DNA of 64,000 nt from Chrysomallon squamiferum (GCA_012295275.1 CM022670.1:4464001-4528000); one strand, 5' to 3'; counted from the first letter of the stretch, positions 1 through 14,461 are shown. Translations and numbers: made by a program. The notes: a model not told the origin generated them from the sequence alone.

Positions 1-995
1 CAAGTTCTTCAAACGTAAAAAAAAAAAAAAAAAAAAAAACAGAAAGAAAAGAAAATAACACTGAAGCATTGTTAAGGCAAAATAGTTTAATCAAATAATG
101 TAGAAATACGTAGACGTAACAGTTGGTTATCAAAAAGAATTGCTTGTCCGATGTTTCTCAAGTGCAGAGGAGCCAATGCTTTGTGTGCTGGCACGTTTAG
201 AGCGATATTCCAATGCTTTAACATTAATAAAACAATGTTAAAATCACAAAAATGTGTGTGTGTGTGTGTGTATATATATTTACACACACACACACATACA
301 CATACAGATCGACATAAATACATACATGTGTATATATACACACATACCAATTTTAAAATATTTAAAATTTGTTAGATTATTATATTCCCCCCACATTCAT
401 CCTGACACAAATGTTATAAATTTAACATTTAGTTTATTAATTTTAAAGCGTTGTTACAAGAAAACTGGAAACTACAAAACTTGGTTTAGACGGTACAAAT
501 GTGTATATTAGTTTTTGCTTTTCATACGTTTATAATCAGGGGCATAATAATGATATTACTTTCCAGAAAGTATTATTTACTGATATGATATTAATATCGT
601 ATAATTAGCTAAACACGCCAACGAGACAAATACAAACAACGTACTGTGTATATAAAAAAAGCTATTTGTAAAATAGTATTAATAGCACTTAATAGCACCC
701 GTGTGATAAATGTATGTACAAAAGACTGAACACAATCTTATGAGGTTAAGACAACATAATATCACTGTAATCATAACGTAAAGCATTACCGTTCAAACAT
801 TATAGCACACTTAGACTGCACGAAACTTTAGCCAGTGACTGGAGATGACGATGATGGGTGAATCTGTACACAGAATTTAAATAAATGACCTCTAAAATAA
901 TGTCCTGTTGACAGTATTTTAAGGATTTTGATTAAAACATATATACATGTGTATGTGTGTATGTATAATCAAAATATTTGAAATAATGTGTATGA

Positions 996-1030
<35 letters not shown>

Positions 1031-1132
1031 CTAGTGGTCTAATTACGTCAGAATTTGCGAAGCTTATGTTCGATAAATTTAAAATACAATTTTTGTTTTC
1101 AATTTAATTTGTTTTATTTTGTGTTGTTACTA

Positions 1133-1185
<53 letters not shown>

Positions 1186-1971
1186 GTTTGTTTCTTTTTT
1201 AATTCTCTCATTCCATATTATAATATAAGAGAAAATTAAATAATCTAATTATCAAATGATAATAAAAGTATTCACTAAAAATTGTAATTAGAAAACTATT
1301 TCGGGAAAATACATATAATAATAATTACTATTATGTGATAAACTGCTTCATCTTCATATTCCATTGCCAAATAAGATACATCGCACACAAATATCCACCA
1401 CATATGTAGCTATATGTATCAGGTAAGTATCAAAACTTTGTGATCTACAAATATCAAAACTAGCTTATTGAACGTCAATAATGTAAGCTGCCTGTATTAC
1501 ATAAATACCGTGTGAATATCAAAAAACACTCCGTATCATGGATATATCAAAAGCTGTTTGTATTAAGTGAAAAAGTTTGTTTTGTAAATATCAAATGCTC
1601 TTGAATTAGGCGAATATAAAAAGACGTTTGTGTTGTGTAAACATCAAAAGCTGTTGAATTATGTTAAAATATGAAAAGCTTTCTTTTTCTTCTTCTTTTT
1701 TTTTTTTTTTTTTTTTTAACTTCTTGTAAAATATCAAAAACAATTCGGTAATTCGTATTCATCAAAACCACATAAAACTGCGAACCGGGAAAAGATAGTA
1801 TGAATAAATTACTGAAGTAATATTTAATAGCTATTCATTTTATTCTTTCAATTTTAATTATTATTTTCAAGGGAAAGGAAAATCGAAACCTGTCTCTCAC
1901 TTCTGTTAATATGTAGATATAGTAAACGCTTTTCTGTAAATAGGAAAGCACATTATTTTTTGAAATTCCAC

Positions 1972-2041
<70 letters not shown>

Positions 2042-2105
2042 TTAAAAATTTAAAAAAACAAGCAAGGAACCTAATATGCTGAGATTCGGTCAATGTTATT
2101 CTCTA

Positions 2106-2142
<37 letters not shown>

Positions 2143-3195
2143 AATTAAAATAAATAAATAAATATAAATCTGATTCTATCAAATTAAACTATATCAAACT
2201 GTTTCATATTCTTCGATTTTGCTCTGGCATAAAAGTTACAACATCAACAAATCTTCAGCAAATCAAATATTAATCATCTCAATTTTTTCTCTTTTTTTTT
2301 TTTTTTTCAGATTTGAGTTACACGAATTTACTGTCCTTCAGGATGACATTAGAAAGAACATAAAAAAAAATGTAGAAAATTTATATTCTAAAATACAAAG
2401 TAATTAAACACGAATGCTAAGAAAAAATAAAATCATATATTGATGGGATAGTCAGATATGTGGAAACTGAATTAATGAACATCACATTTCTGAGGATTTA
2501 TGGCTTGTAAATGACAATGGTAAATCACACGCCTGGAAATTTGACGATATTAAGAAGAACACTGATGAACACTGATGAAGAAAGAAGAGATGAACGTTAT
2601 TTACAATGTCGATGTGCAAGGCTGTGATAATTTCTGTTGGTGAGATGGTGATTATTATTTTTGATGAATTAAAGAAAATAATATTGATTGTGGAATTCAT
2701 TCTTTCACGCTCTTCCTTCTTTCGTTCTTTCATCCATTGATTCATTTAGTGATTATTATTATCACTATCATCATCATTATCATCAATCCTTATCATCACA
2801 TATACTGTTACAGTTGTTGTGGTTCTTGTTATTATCGTCACCAGCATCATCACTATCATAATCGATATTGTAAACAGATAATATATATTACACAACAAAA
2901 ACCATCTCGTTGGTAAATGCGTTTGATATATGGAATGATTTAGCACATAAATACAAACATGTAGAAATAAATTAAATTTGTTAAAAATATAAAACCGTCT
3001 AACATATTAGTTATTGTAAAAGATGAATGAACAAGAGCTTTATATTACAGCTTGATACAGTATAAATATGTTTTAAATGTCGAAATGTTACAGCAATGAT
3101 TAATGAAAGAAACATGAACATTTCTAAAAGTGACATTTGATAGAAAGTGCAGGAATGAAATATTAACGATCACGTCTTTGTCTAAGGCAAGACTG

Positions 3196-3198
<3 letters not shown>

Positions 3199-3289
<91 letters not shown>
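3199..3289. repeat. (CT)n microsatellite
   Basis: Direct reading. Similar (CT)/(GA) tracts occur near 10840, 34215, 36820, 37250, 52660 and 63105. Confidence 0.99.
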
Positions 3290-3291
<2 letters not shown>

Positions 3292-3481
3292 GTATATGTG
3301 TGTGCCTCTGTGTCTTCCTTTTTCTTTTCTGTGTATTTATGTGCGTGAATATGTCTGTTAATGGGTAGATGAGTGGAATGGTGTATTTTGTATGACTGGA
3401 CACAGCTCCTCAGATTAACTGTTCACGAAGCACAATTAACTTCTTTTTAAAACCATCACTTAAACACTCCTCAAGACAATG

Positions 3482-3816
3482 TCAGCTCTTCAGCATGGTG
3501 TAGTCGCCTGCATCAGGTCTGTTTCTGTCTTCGTTAGGCAGACACGCCGAGGAACCCCCTCCCTTGATAAACGACATGTGCCTGTCTTTAGCGAAGTTCC
3601 TTGAGCCTACGCTTGAAAAGTCTGTCGGACTGTGGTCGCTGTCTGGGTTAGTGTCACTGGTGTAGGAATCTGGAGACGTGTGGATGGCACGGAAACACGG
3701 ACTCCCCACTTTGTCTGTCATCTTGGGACTAGCGAAGGTGCTCAGCTTGTTAATGTGGTTCACCTGTGGCGGCGGATCGATGTTGGTGCCGTATGAATGA
3801 TACGTTCCTTTGAAAC
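3482..3816 (-). CDS. Protocadherin terminal coding exon 3 (Ser/Pro-rich cytoplasmic tail)
   Basis: Acceptor TTCTTACTTTGACAG|GT TTC; phase 1 matches exon 2 (G|GT = Gly). Open to TGA at 3482-3484 (GFKGTYHSYG...DYTMLKS*); GC-rich with coding-like composition. Confidence 0.85.
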
Positions 3817-4141
3817 CTGTCAAAGTAAGAACGAAAAAAGAATATCATCTGAGGTATCAGAATAAAGGTACTACTACTACCGAAGTTCTATTTAACTACA
3901 TATTTTCATACTGTTACTACAATAACTAGAAGAAGAAGGACAATAATAACAATTGTTACGAACTGCTGTTATTACTTGTTTTGTTTTTTATTGTTACTGT
4001 AACACCGCTACTACTGTTACCACTATTTCAATGTCGCTTTTGTTTGTAATGATTTATTATTGTTGTTGTTGTTACTGTTATAAATAAATTACACATTTAA
4101 TTTGTTTAAACAAAAAAAGAAAGAAAGAAAAATAAAAGAAT

Positions 4142-4260
4142 TGTCAGAAGTGGGATTTGAACCCACGCCCACATTCGTGGACCAGAACACTCGTTCACAT
4201 TTAACACGTGAAGGTAACAAACCTTGAGTCTGGCGCCTTAGACCACTCGGCCATCCTGAC
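4142..4260 (-). tRNA. trnL-CAA: tRNA-Leu(CAA) with 35-nt intron (intron class A), inside protocadherin intron 2
   Basis: GTCAGGATGGCCGAGTGGTCTAAGGCGCCAGACTCAAG-[35 nt]-TTCTGGTCCACGAATGTGGGCGTGGGTTCAAATCCCACTTCTGACA; A and B boxes, long variable arm, downstream T-run terminator. Confidence 0.97.
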
Positions 4261-4438
4261 ATACACATATATGTGGAAATAAAGGATTATAAATAAATGC
4301 GAATAATTATCCTGAATTGATCATTTCATTCGTTCACTCATTCATTCATTCATTCATTCATTTATTTTATTTCTTTCTTTTTTCTTTTGTATATTGTCGT
4401 CGTCATTATTATTATTATTATTATTATTGTTATAATTA

Positions 4439-4475
<37 letters not shown>

Positions 4476-5828
4476 GCTTTAATTATTATTGTTATGATGA
4501 AATTTATTGCTTTTGTTATTATCATCATTATCATCATCATCATCATCGTTATTATTTATTTATTTATCTATTTATTACTTATGTGTGTGGGATTTTTTAG
4601 ATTTTTTTCTCGACGCGTGGAAAGATAGAGAGAGAGATAGATATGCACTGAATAGCGCAATGTTTTATGTATAAGCATTTCATTGTTCGTGTGGAGTTGT
4701 CTATTAACTGTCTCTCACATGACAGATTTAATGGGTTACACATTGCCATAACATCTGAACCAAACACGCTCTTCACGGAAGAAATGATCTCGGGATTGTT
4801 GTGACTAGAAACCGGTATCTTTTGCGTTTTAATAAATAATACATCGTCATTTCATTTATGCGATGAGAAATCTAAAGCTCTACGCTGATATTTGCCGATT
4901 TGACTACAAAAATATTTAAGAACAGAGTTGAGAGATTATGGGCTGTTCTCAGAGATTATGCCTAAGGTTAGCAGAGAAATCCTTTTTATCTGATATTTGG
5001 TCTGGATATAAAGTCCAGGCTCATGCTGAGGTGGTTAGTTTTCCAGGAACTTAGATCGTTATCTTAAACCGCGAACTAAATCAATAATATTTTAATTTGC
5101 CGACTTGCTGCGTGTGTTAAAATATCTGCGTGTGACTTTCTGACGTCACTAAGTGAATTTCGTAATATTATTTCCCATTACCATTTTTAAACCATTCTTT
5201 GCTTTCCAGCTTGCTTCTTTCTTTCGTTATTACTTTGTCTCTTAACATATTTTTCTATTGTTCTTTCATTTTTTTCCATTACAGTTTGTTAATCGTTTTC
5301 TCTTTGCATGATTTCTTCGGGTTTTATTTTTATTTTGTTTATAGTATAATTCCTACTCACTTTTTCCCATTTATTTTCGTTCATTCTGCTTTTTTTCTCC
5401 TATTTTTTTGTTCTTTGTTCTGTTATTCTATATCTATCATGGCTGCAACGTACCGTGCATTGCTTTCTCTCTGAATAATTTATCCACTATTCTTTATTTT
5501 CTCTTCTCTTCTTTCTCTCTTACTTTATTTTCTTTGTCGTCTCAAATGCGAAAAATCTATTTTCCCTATTCATAGCAAAATTAATTTACGAACATCGACT
5601 CAACAGAAAGTTTTAAGACCAGAAAGAAGTATTGTAAATCAATAAAGGCAACATTGAATAAATAATCACAATATACACAACGCCCCCAAAAACCCCACAG
5701 AGATTATGGAATTCTAACAAACTTTTGTAATTATGTTAATAACCAAGTACGTATAAATAAGTAAATAAGTAAACAAACAAAAAACAAACAAACAGACAAA
5801 CAAATAAATAAATAAATATTGTCGTTAC

Positions 5829-5952
5829 CTTTCATTCTCGGCATCTGGACGAGCTGAATGTCGTCCTCGCTGCAGCCGCGGCCGCTGTCGCTGGCGGTTG
5901 TCTCCCCTGACGTGTCACTCTTCACGTCGTCGATGGGACTCGGGTGTTGTTT
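5829..5952 (-). CDS. Protocadherin coding exon 2 (cytoplasmic, CM1-like motif)
   Basis: TTGTTTTGTTCAG|AAA...AAA G|GTAACG; 124 nt, phase 0 in and phase 1 out. Encodes KQHPSPIDDVKSDTSGETTASDSGRGCSEDDIQLVQMPRMK; SDSGRG resembles the delta-protocadherin CM1 DSGxG motif. GC-rich island in an AT-rich intron. Confidence 0.9.
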
Positions 5953-5956
5953 CTGA

Positions 5957-6383
5957 ACAAAACAAGTCACAGACTTTAAAACAAACACAACAACACAGCA
6001 CGTGAAGAATATGATAAACAAACAAGTCACACACTTTAAAACAAACACAACAACACAGCACGTGAAGAATGCGATAAACAAGCAAGTCACACACTTTAAA
6101 ACAAACACAACAACACAGCACGTGAAGAATATGATAAACAAACAAGTCACACACTTTAAAACAAACACAACAACACAGCACGTGAAGAATGCAATACACA
6201 AACAAGTCACACACTTTAGAACAAACACAACAACACAGCACGTGAAGAATGCAAACACAAACAAGTCACACACTTTAGAACAAACACAACAACACAGCAC
6301 GTGAAAAATGTGATAAACAAACAAGTCACACACTTTAAAACAAACACAACAACACAGCACGTGAAGAATGCAATACACAAACA
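5957..6383. repeat. 60-bp minisatellite, about 7 copies (one 59-bp unit), abutting the exon 2 acceptor
   Basis: Unit ACAAACAAGTCACACACTTTAAAACAAACACAACAACACAGCACGTGAAGAATATGATAA repeats in register on successive 60-nt lines. Confidence 0.97.
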
Positions 6384-6896
6384 CACTGAACATTGAGATT
6401 TCAAACGATTTATTGCTGTTCGCTTCTAAACGAATACAAAAATCAAGATTACAGTCGTATTTTGCCTTTACCAGTTATACAGAAATACATGAAATAAACT
6501 GTTTTATTCGTAAAAAAACCACACCAACAATACCCAATAACAAAAGGTGTATTATAAATTTATTACTTTTGTTTAAAAAAAAAAGGATATGACTTTGAGT
6601 TACAAACGAAACCCTAGCAATGATACGTTAACTTTTTACTAGCATCACATCCAAATGAAACGTCGAGAAAAGCAAATAATACTGAGATACAATACACTGA
6701 TTCGTAACAAAAACAAATATTACTTGTAGTTATCAGACTGTACTATCTCGTCTCCAGTGAAGCAAGCACAGAAACACCAGCAGTAAATTCGTATTAACAG
6801 AACACTCAAATAAAACGAGAGGAGCCTAAATATTATACACTGTATCCCAAATGATGCAGTTGCCGATAGGAGGATTAACAATTCAAGATGCCTAGA

Positions 6897-7455
6897 TAGA
6901 AGGATTATCAGTTTGATTTACCGAACGTCTGTTAAATGTGGTGTCACTTAATTTGTATCAACAGTCGTAATAAAATGTTCGATTCGTAGTACTGTAGTAA
7001 TCAAAATAACTCCAAGCATAATACATTCAAATATCAAAGCATACTAGTGTATTGTGTAGTAAATGAAATATAACTTCCAGATATCAGGTTTGTGTTTAAT
7101 TATGTCTCACATATTATGCACGAACAGTCATAATAAAACATTTAATTTGCAATACTGTAATGAAACGTATGGTCCAGGAAGAATCATAAACGTTTATCTG
7201 AATTCATGTCAGAGTAATTAGTAGAAGAATTATCAGCTCGAGATATCAGGATTATATTAAATCTTGCCCCACATAATATTCAGGGAGAGTCGTAATAAAA
7301 AGTTTTATTCTTAGTAATGTAATGAAACACAGAGACCGTAAGCATTATAAACCCGTACATGAATCTTTGCAGTGATTGTTCGTAGTAGAAGAATTATCAT
7401 TTCGAGATATCGGGGTTGTACTAAATCTTCTCACACTAATTGTACAAGAACAGCT
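6897..7455. repeat. Degenerate ~163-bp tandem repeat, about 3.5 copies
   Basis: Anchor TAGAAG(A/G)ATTATCA at 6897, 7222 and 7386 (degenerate at 7060); AGTC(G/A)TAATAAAA and AGATATC(A/G)GG recur at the same 162-164 bp period. Confidence 0.8.
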
Positions 7456-10400
7456 AGTGAGACATAAAAGGAAGAGAGACAGTTCAGCAGACTCATGATA
7501 ATGCTGATAAATTGGATAGGTCAACAACCCTTTCGTCGAATACTTCAATAAAAATGCATCGGCATGATAGCATGACCGTTCATTAATCAGTGGTCAGTGC
7601 GGGCTACTTGAGGTCAGAAATGCTGGCCGTAGGAACGAGTCGTTTTATTTGCTGAACAAATGTATGACACACCAACAAAATGGTATTTTTGTAATTTGAT
7701 ATCTTTTTTTTTAACGATTCTTTCTTGTTTCTCATTTTTCACACTGATTTCTTTTTTTATCGTTCTTTTCTTCTTTAATCGCAAAATACTGGTAAAGTTC
7801 TTTGAAGATGGTCCGTCTGTTCATGGTTTTTCACTGACTGCAGCCTCAAATTTGTGTAACCAGGGGTCGTGGTATTTGATCCCTGGCTGTTGGAAACATT
7901 CTTTGATGTTAATGAACATGGTTAAACAGACAATACATTTTATAGGCAATAATTCTATAACACAGTCAGTATTAGTTGTCGACAGTAGAAACTTAATGAA
8001 TGTGCAAAGCAATACAAGTATAATATTCAAGTATAATATTTATGATCTTTATTTCTTTCTTTTTCGTAAAGCGTTTAACATTTTGTGTGGACTGTACTGA
8101 CAATATCTTTTATGTGTTTTGTCATTGTTATTATTACAACAGTAAACACAGAAAAAAATAAAACACAGAAAAGTTCTAACAGTTGCGAAAATGATTTTAA
8201 AAAAAAAAAAATAAAAAATAAAAAGATAAAGAAACGAAGAAAGAGAGAAAAAAAGAAACTAGAAAGAAAGGAAAGAAACAAGTAATAATCTCAGTCATCC
8301 GACCATGAATGCTAAACGACACTTAACTGACCAGCAATGTAATTACGTTCTGCAGAGAAATGCACTAACGGGTTTTGGGGAATTGAAAACTCTCTGCCAC
8401 AGAGCTCCGTGGGTGTCAAATGATGTGTGCTCCCGCTTCGCTGAATCCCTCTATCCTTTATTGACCTTGTCCACAATAACTCTAATCTAGTTAGCAAACA
8501 GGGCTGCGGCGGATTACAAGCCAGCTAACACCAACGACCATTCGCCACCGTGTTCGCTTAGTGGCTCTAATCCTCCATCTGTCCAAGCTTTCTTTCCCAC
8601 TGAATTAGTCTCTTCATTGATCAGAAGCTCGCCATTGATTATAATTTTTATCGCCGTTATGGAAATGTTAAACTTAATATTAACTTTGACGAACTCAATT
8701 AAACATACTCCACGCACGCGGCTCTTTTTAGTCCTGTTGGCCGTTTTCTGATTTTTCTGTTTATTGAGAAATAAGGTTAATGGATTGGAATATATAAATA
8801 TTAGATTAGCAAGATATTGTGGAGAAAAGTAGTGAATGAATGAAAGATCGGGTGAAGTTCTCTAGAATATTTGTGAAAGAAAAATCAGACTAAATTGGAT
8901 TTTTATTATTATTGCTATCTTTTGTTTTGTTTGTTTCTAATGGGTTTGTTATCATTTTTTTTAGATATAATGTTTTTTTTATTTTTTTTTTTAATATAGG
9001 AAGTTTTAAATTTTAAACGGGAGAGCGTGAGAGAATGAGCAAAAGAGAGAAGAATAAAGATTATTAGGTGAAAAAGAAATAATGAGTTAGTGAAATAAAG
9101 GAAATATTGGAACGAGGGCTGGGAAGAAATAGGAAAACAGAGAGATAAGCAGAGAGACAAACGTAAATACAGACACAGTGAAAATCAGTTCTGTCGATTT
9201 AAATGGATGCATGGAATTATAGACAGAATTTTCAACAGAGGGAGAGAGAGGTACAGATAGTGAATCAGAATAAGATGAGAAAGTGAGAGAGATTAATGCT
9301 AGGACAAGGCAGAATGAAATAAATAAAAGTAAAGTGAGACTGAGCTGAGATAAGATTTCATACCGTAGTGCTCTCGTAACTCGTTAACACTTCAAATTCT
9401 TTTGTTTGCAGCTTAGCATAACACGGGCTCGAATGGGAGATTCACGGATCATTACCGTATTACACCGCTTATACCATTTACAGTAGCTCTAACCTCATCG
9501 ATTTGCCGAAACATTTGGCATTTGCCTGAACAATGGTTTAATCTGTTCATCATTACTAGAACGTGGTATTTAATGGCTGTTAAACGACGAAAGACCTTTA
9601 AGTATTCAATTTGTTAAAAGCAATAAAGATTTTCCTGAATTATTTATTCATCCATGTGCCTACAAAAATCCGGGTTCGTTCAAGGTTCACACATACAGGG
9701 GAGGGAGGAACGGTCCTGAGGGTTAAGGGTGGAGGATTTAGCAAACATTCTTTTGTCGCTGATGGTGTTGGTCGTTATCACGGCGGTTTAAATGGCCTGC
9801 ATTACGTTATTAATTTATAACAGTGGCGTGCGCATCTGTTGCATGATTGCATAAGGTTTTGGATTTAGACATGGATGAACTGTTTTGCTTTGATAATAAT
9901 GATCGATAACCTTAACATGTGGCTTGTGCTTTTGCATAAAGAATGATAATTATAATAATAATATTATTGTTCTCATATTCTAATGATATTATATTACTTA
10001 ATGGACTAAACACAACAACAATGCGTCATTATTTTTACATCTGTTAATGCGCCTGTTTGTTCGATTCCGTGTCTGTCGAGCTGTATCTGTCTTTGTAAGA
10101 GTCTTTTGTGTCAAATCTTTTGTATATCTGTCTTTCCGACATGTTATAATTATGTAAGAGTATGAGCATATGCATGTCTGCGTGTTTGTGTGTGCGTGTG
10201 TGTTTGTGAAAATACTATTTAAATCCAAACTACTACTACTACTAATTCATCTTTTTTTTTGTCTCTCTCATCTCCCACTCTCCTGTTTTTCCTTTATCTG
10301 TGTTTTTCAATCGTTTTCGTTTTCTTTCCCCTTATAATCACCATTACACACTACACTGTGATATTAAAAGTGCTTGGAGAATTCCCTGTAGAGAATCAAG

Positions 10401-10835
10401 CTACTGCAACAAAGAGACTGATTGATTATTTCACTGCTAACTCATCGGATGTCTCATTTTGTCTGCTAAAGATGACGAAATGCAATCTTTAGTACTTTCT
10501 GAACACACACGAATTAAGTCCTGTGGCCTTCGGTTAGCGAACTTGATAAGTGTTTAAAATGTAAGAGAAAGTTCTAGTTCTTTTGTGTGAAATTTCTTAG
10601 AACTGAACAGCTTTGTCAATAGCTTCACTAGGCATCATATTTCAGGAAATAAAGAATCTGTTTTACGATTGAACACTTTAAATAATCATTTTTATAATAA
10701 AGGGTTTTTTTCCATCTTTTCTTAGTGTATCGTAAACAATATATAAATTATGTTCGATTATTAATAGTATATCGAAAGCTATCATATACGATTACAAATA
10801 GGCACAGAGGGGGGAGGGAGGGAGGGATGGAGAGA

Positions 10836-10927
<92 letters not shown>

Positions 10928-11644
10928 AAGACTACAGAAAGAAAAGAGCATGCATTGGGTTTCTATCTCATACAGAGCACAAACATAAGGAAAACTCAGT
11001 CTGGAAACTGCTCAGTAAATAAGCACTTACAATGGTGCATGTCTTGCAGATTAACAAACACGTAAACGTGTTTACTAATTAACTCCCGACACTCCGACAA
11101 ACGGGATCGCCAGTTTGCGTTGCCGAAGCTCGCGGATAAAGAAACCTGTGCAAACCAGCCTCAGACGCAACATCGATCTGGCTTGCTAATCATTTTGGTA
11201 TTAAAGGTGCCCAAACTGCTGATCAATTCGACAAACACGGACGGCGTGCGATCAAATGGTTTTGAGAGTGCTAGCTCTAACCCACTGTTGATTTTCGCTC
11301 TATTCTGACGTTTATACCTGCCAAGCTGAAGATTTTTCTTAACGATGGGGAAATGAACTGAGCTTAAGGCTCTTTCTTCCGTTTTTACTTCTTGTCTTTT
11401 TTATTCTTCTTTTTACGTTTATTTATAAACTGCGATAAAGAAAATAACAAGATTGGAAAAAAAAAATATATTTAAAATAAAGTACCAAAATTCATTGTCT
11501 TTTTGGCAATTATGCATAAATTACTGAAAGAAATGCTAATAAAATTGATGGTAATAATAATTAAGAAAAATATATGCTTTGTTTGATAGACAATAGGCGG
11601 AGGAATGTATGAATGAATCGATAAATAAATGAAAGAACGAATGA

Positions 11645-11900
11645 GTATTTAATGATGCCTCTGCGCATTCAAATATTATTAGATGTTAAAACTACGATTT
11701 TTGCATAACGATCACAACAGAGATAATCCACAGCCTCCAAACTATGGGCAACTGTTATCGATTATCTGAAAGTTATCTTTCATTCAGACCCTACACGTGG
11801 CTATAAAATGAAAATACATATTAAGGTCTATATAAACTATGAGACACTGGGAGGAACGGTAAGATTTCCAGTGAAAGCATTGAGTAGGAATGATCCTTTG
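11645..11900 (-). mobile_element. Highly degenerate SINE copy, same family, reverse orientation
   Basis: TATTTAATGATGCCTCTGCGCATT...GAGATAATCCACAGCCTCC...ATGGGCAACTGTTATCGATTA...GACACTGGGAGGAACG is colinear with the reverse complement of the core and 3' tail. Confidence 0.4.
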
Positions 11901-14070
11901 AACATTTTTGTACACTGAGCCTGTTTTATGTCAGACAAAAAATGATATCACAAGGTTCGAAGTCCTATTTGGAACAAATCTTCAAGGGCACTCAAGACTG
12001 GCGAGACAGTTTTCTGCAGGAGACACAGGTACGATAGTTATGAATAAAGGCAGGTTGAATGAGTTAAAAATCCGAATATGACAATCCCTTGACTGTACTT
12101 AAACCAGCATAATGCTCCGTGTTTTAATAATTTTGCCGTCGAGACTGAGAGGGACGGAAAGAGACAATTAAAAACCGAGAGTTAAAACCAGAAGAATACA
12201 AATGAGATATAAATAAAGCTTTTAAAGAAAGAAGCAAAAATGCATTCACAGTAGTTACACGATTGCACTGTTTTATTGGTTTGTTCTTGATGAGTACTCG
12301 TGATACTCTGATCAAATGGTCTAAATATATTTTGAATAAATTAAATTCATCCTGTTTCGTTGTTTTTTTGTTGTTTTTTTCAGACCAATTATATTTCGTA
12401 TACTTCTAAGGGTTTTATTTGTTTCCACGCTAAATGTATCTGTGCTGGTTTCTACAAGTCGTTTAAGTAAGTTTTTCCTAAAATTTATTTGCTACAACAC
12501 TAAGTGTATCTTGCACTGTTTTCAACACAACACGGTTTTGTATGTCTGCAAGTAATTGTTTCATTTCACACTTCACATTAACCTTTGTTAATAATAAAGT
12601 AGGTCTACAAAACATTTTATCGATAGAATTACAAAACATAATTGTGTTATATCAATAATGCAAGCTAGTGTATAAGTGCATAGATAGGTTTTCTGTAAGC
12701 ATTGTTAGAGGAATAATGAAAACCAGACTTGTGTTTGATCGACGGACTGTAGTGGAATTGCAAGTGCTATAAATCAGACAGACAGTGTGTTACAAACACA
12801 ATAGAGTATGGGATACTATGACATTTTAACGCAAGGGAAATTAATATTAACGACAGTGGCAACCACAACAACAACAACAACAACAACAACAATGATAATC
12901 ATCATCATCATCATCATCGTCATTATCGTAGTAGCAGCAGGAAGATAGGAAGTAAAAATACTAATAACAAAAATTACAGTTTCATAATAATAATAGTAAT
13001 AAATATCACCATCATCATAAAAAAAACATAAGGAGGAAATTAATGTCATTAAAGAGAAATATATTTGAAAACAAACGTAGACTGTTGTACCACGAAATTA
13101 TTACTAACTTGAATACTACTGTCGGACACTCTAAATGAAAAATTATTATTATTATCACAGCTTCACGTATATTTTACAGTCAATTTCATGTCGGTGCGTC
13201 CGTCGGTATCTGACAGGACGATTCAGATGATTTTATGACAGTAATAAGAACACTGTCTCATGACCTTCACATTACAGTCACTGTTGTTACTCACGTTGAA
13301 TCGCATCCACGTATTAATGTTTGGACAATAAAACGAAGCAATCCATAATTTTACTGGACTATTTTTGAAAATCCCTTACATAAAACAAGGGAAAATGTTA
13401 ATGGTGTAACATAATCATTCTTTTGGAATATGTAACTGCAGATTTTTATTTAAAGTCAGAATTTATTTATTTATTTATTTATTTTTTTAAATATTTTAAT
13501 TTAATTTTTTTTTTTTTTTTTTTTAATCCCTAACTTAACTATGAAAATAGGTATTGTGTTATTTAATAAGTATATTTCGTATTATTACTTTTTTTTTTAA
13601 AACTTTTAATCCTTAACTTAACATGACAATTAAAATTGGCATTATGTTATTAAATAAGTATATTCATAACATCATAAAATGTTCATATAAATTATCACGA
13701 CAAGGGAAATCCTTTATGTATGTAAAACGTCACTTTTTATCAATTGTGATTATGAATAATAATAATAATAATAATATGATTACCATATGAACTACAGGAT
13801 TAGTTTAATTAATAATTTTGTGTTTCATTCGTAATAAAAGTTCCGTTGCATTTCGTCGATGAATCATAGTATTAGATTTTTTTATTTTATTGTAATGAAC
13901 AGATCATATGCTTAACTATACACAGAGCGAGTAAATTGCATTGGCATATAACATAATTATATTTCATTGCCGAGACAGCACAATACTGACACAGACACAC
14001 GTTCTGCACGCTCACAGGCACATATACAAACACTTCCATATATGTGTGTGCATGCGTGTGTATGTGTGTA

Positions 14071-14106
<36 letters not shown>

Positions 14107-14339
14107 GATAGACTGATAAATAGATAGATAAATATAGATATATAAATATAGAAACGTACATAATATATATTCATATTCACATATTTTACATGTGTACATT
14201 CACAAAAGTAAGATTTGTCAATATGAGTATGAATAGGATTGTGTAAAAGTAATAGTAATGTAATAGTTGTAGTAATAATAGTAATAAAAACAATAGTAAT
14301 GGTAGTAGTGGTGGTACGTGGAGTAACAGGTAATAGCCC

Positions 14340-14386
14340 TAGTAGTAGTAGTAGTAGTTGTTGTAGTAGTAGTAGTTGTTGTAGTT

Positions 14387-14445
<59 letters not shown>

Positions 14446-14461
14446 TGTAGTAGTAGTAGTT

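Noticed and set aside
1025-1080. tRNA-like A/B box fragment (GGCTAGTGGTCTAA...GTTCGA)
   Set aside because: No cloverleaf; at most a decayed SINE head.
5957-6383. CRISPR-like array
   Set aside because: Units are contiguous near-identical repeats without unique spacers; eukaryotic context and no cas genes.
5731-6393. 220-aa Cys/hydrophobic ORF as an independent gene
   Set aside because: It is the translated 60-bp minisatellite running into protocadherin exon 2; only 5829-5952 is a supported exon.
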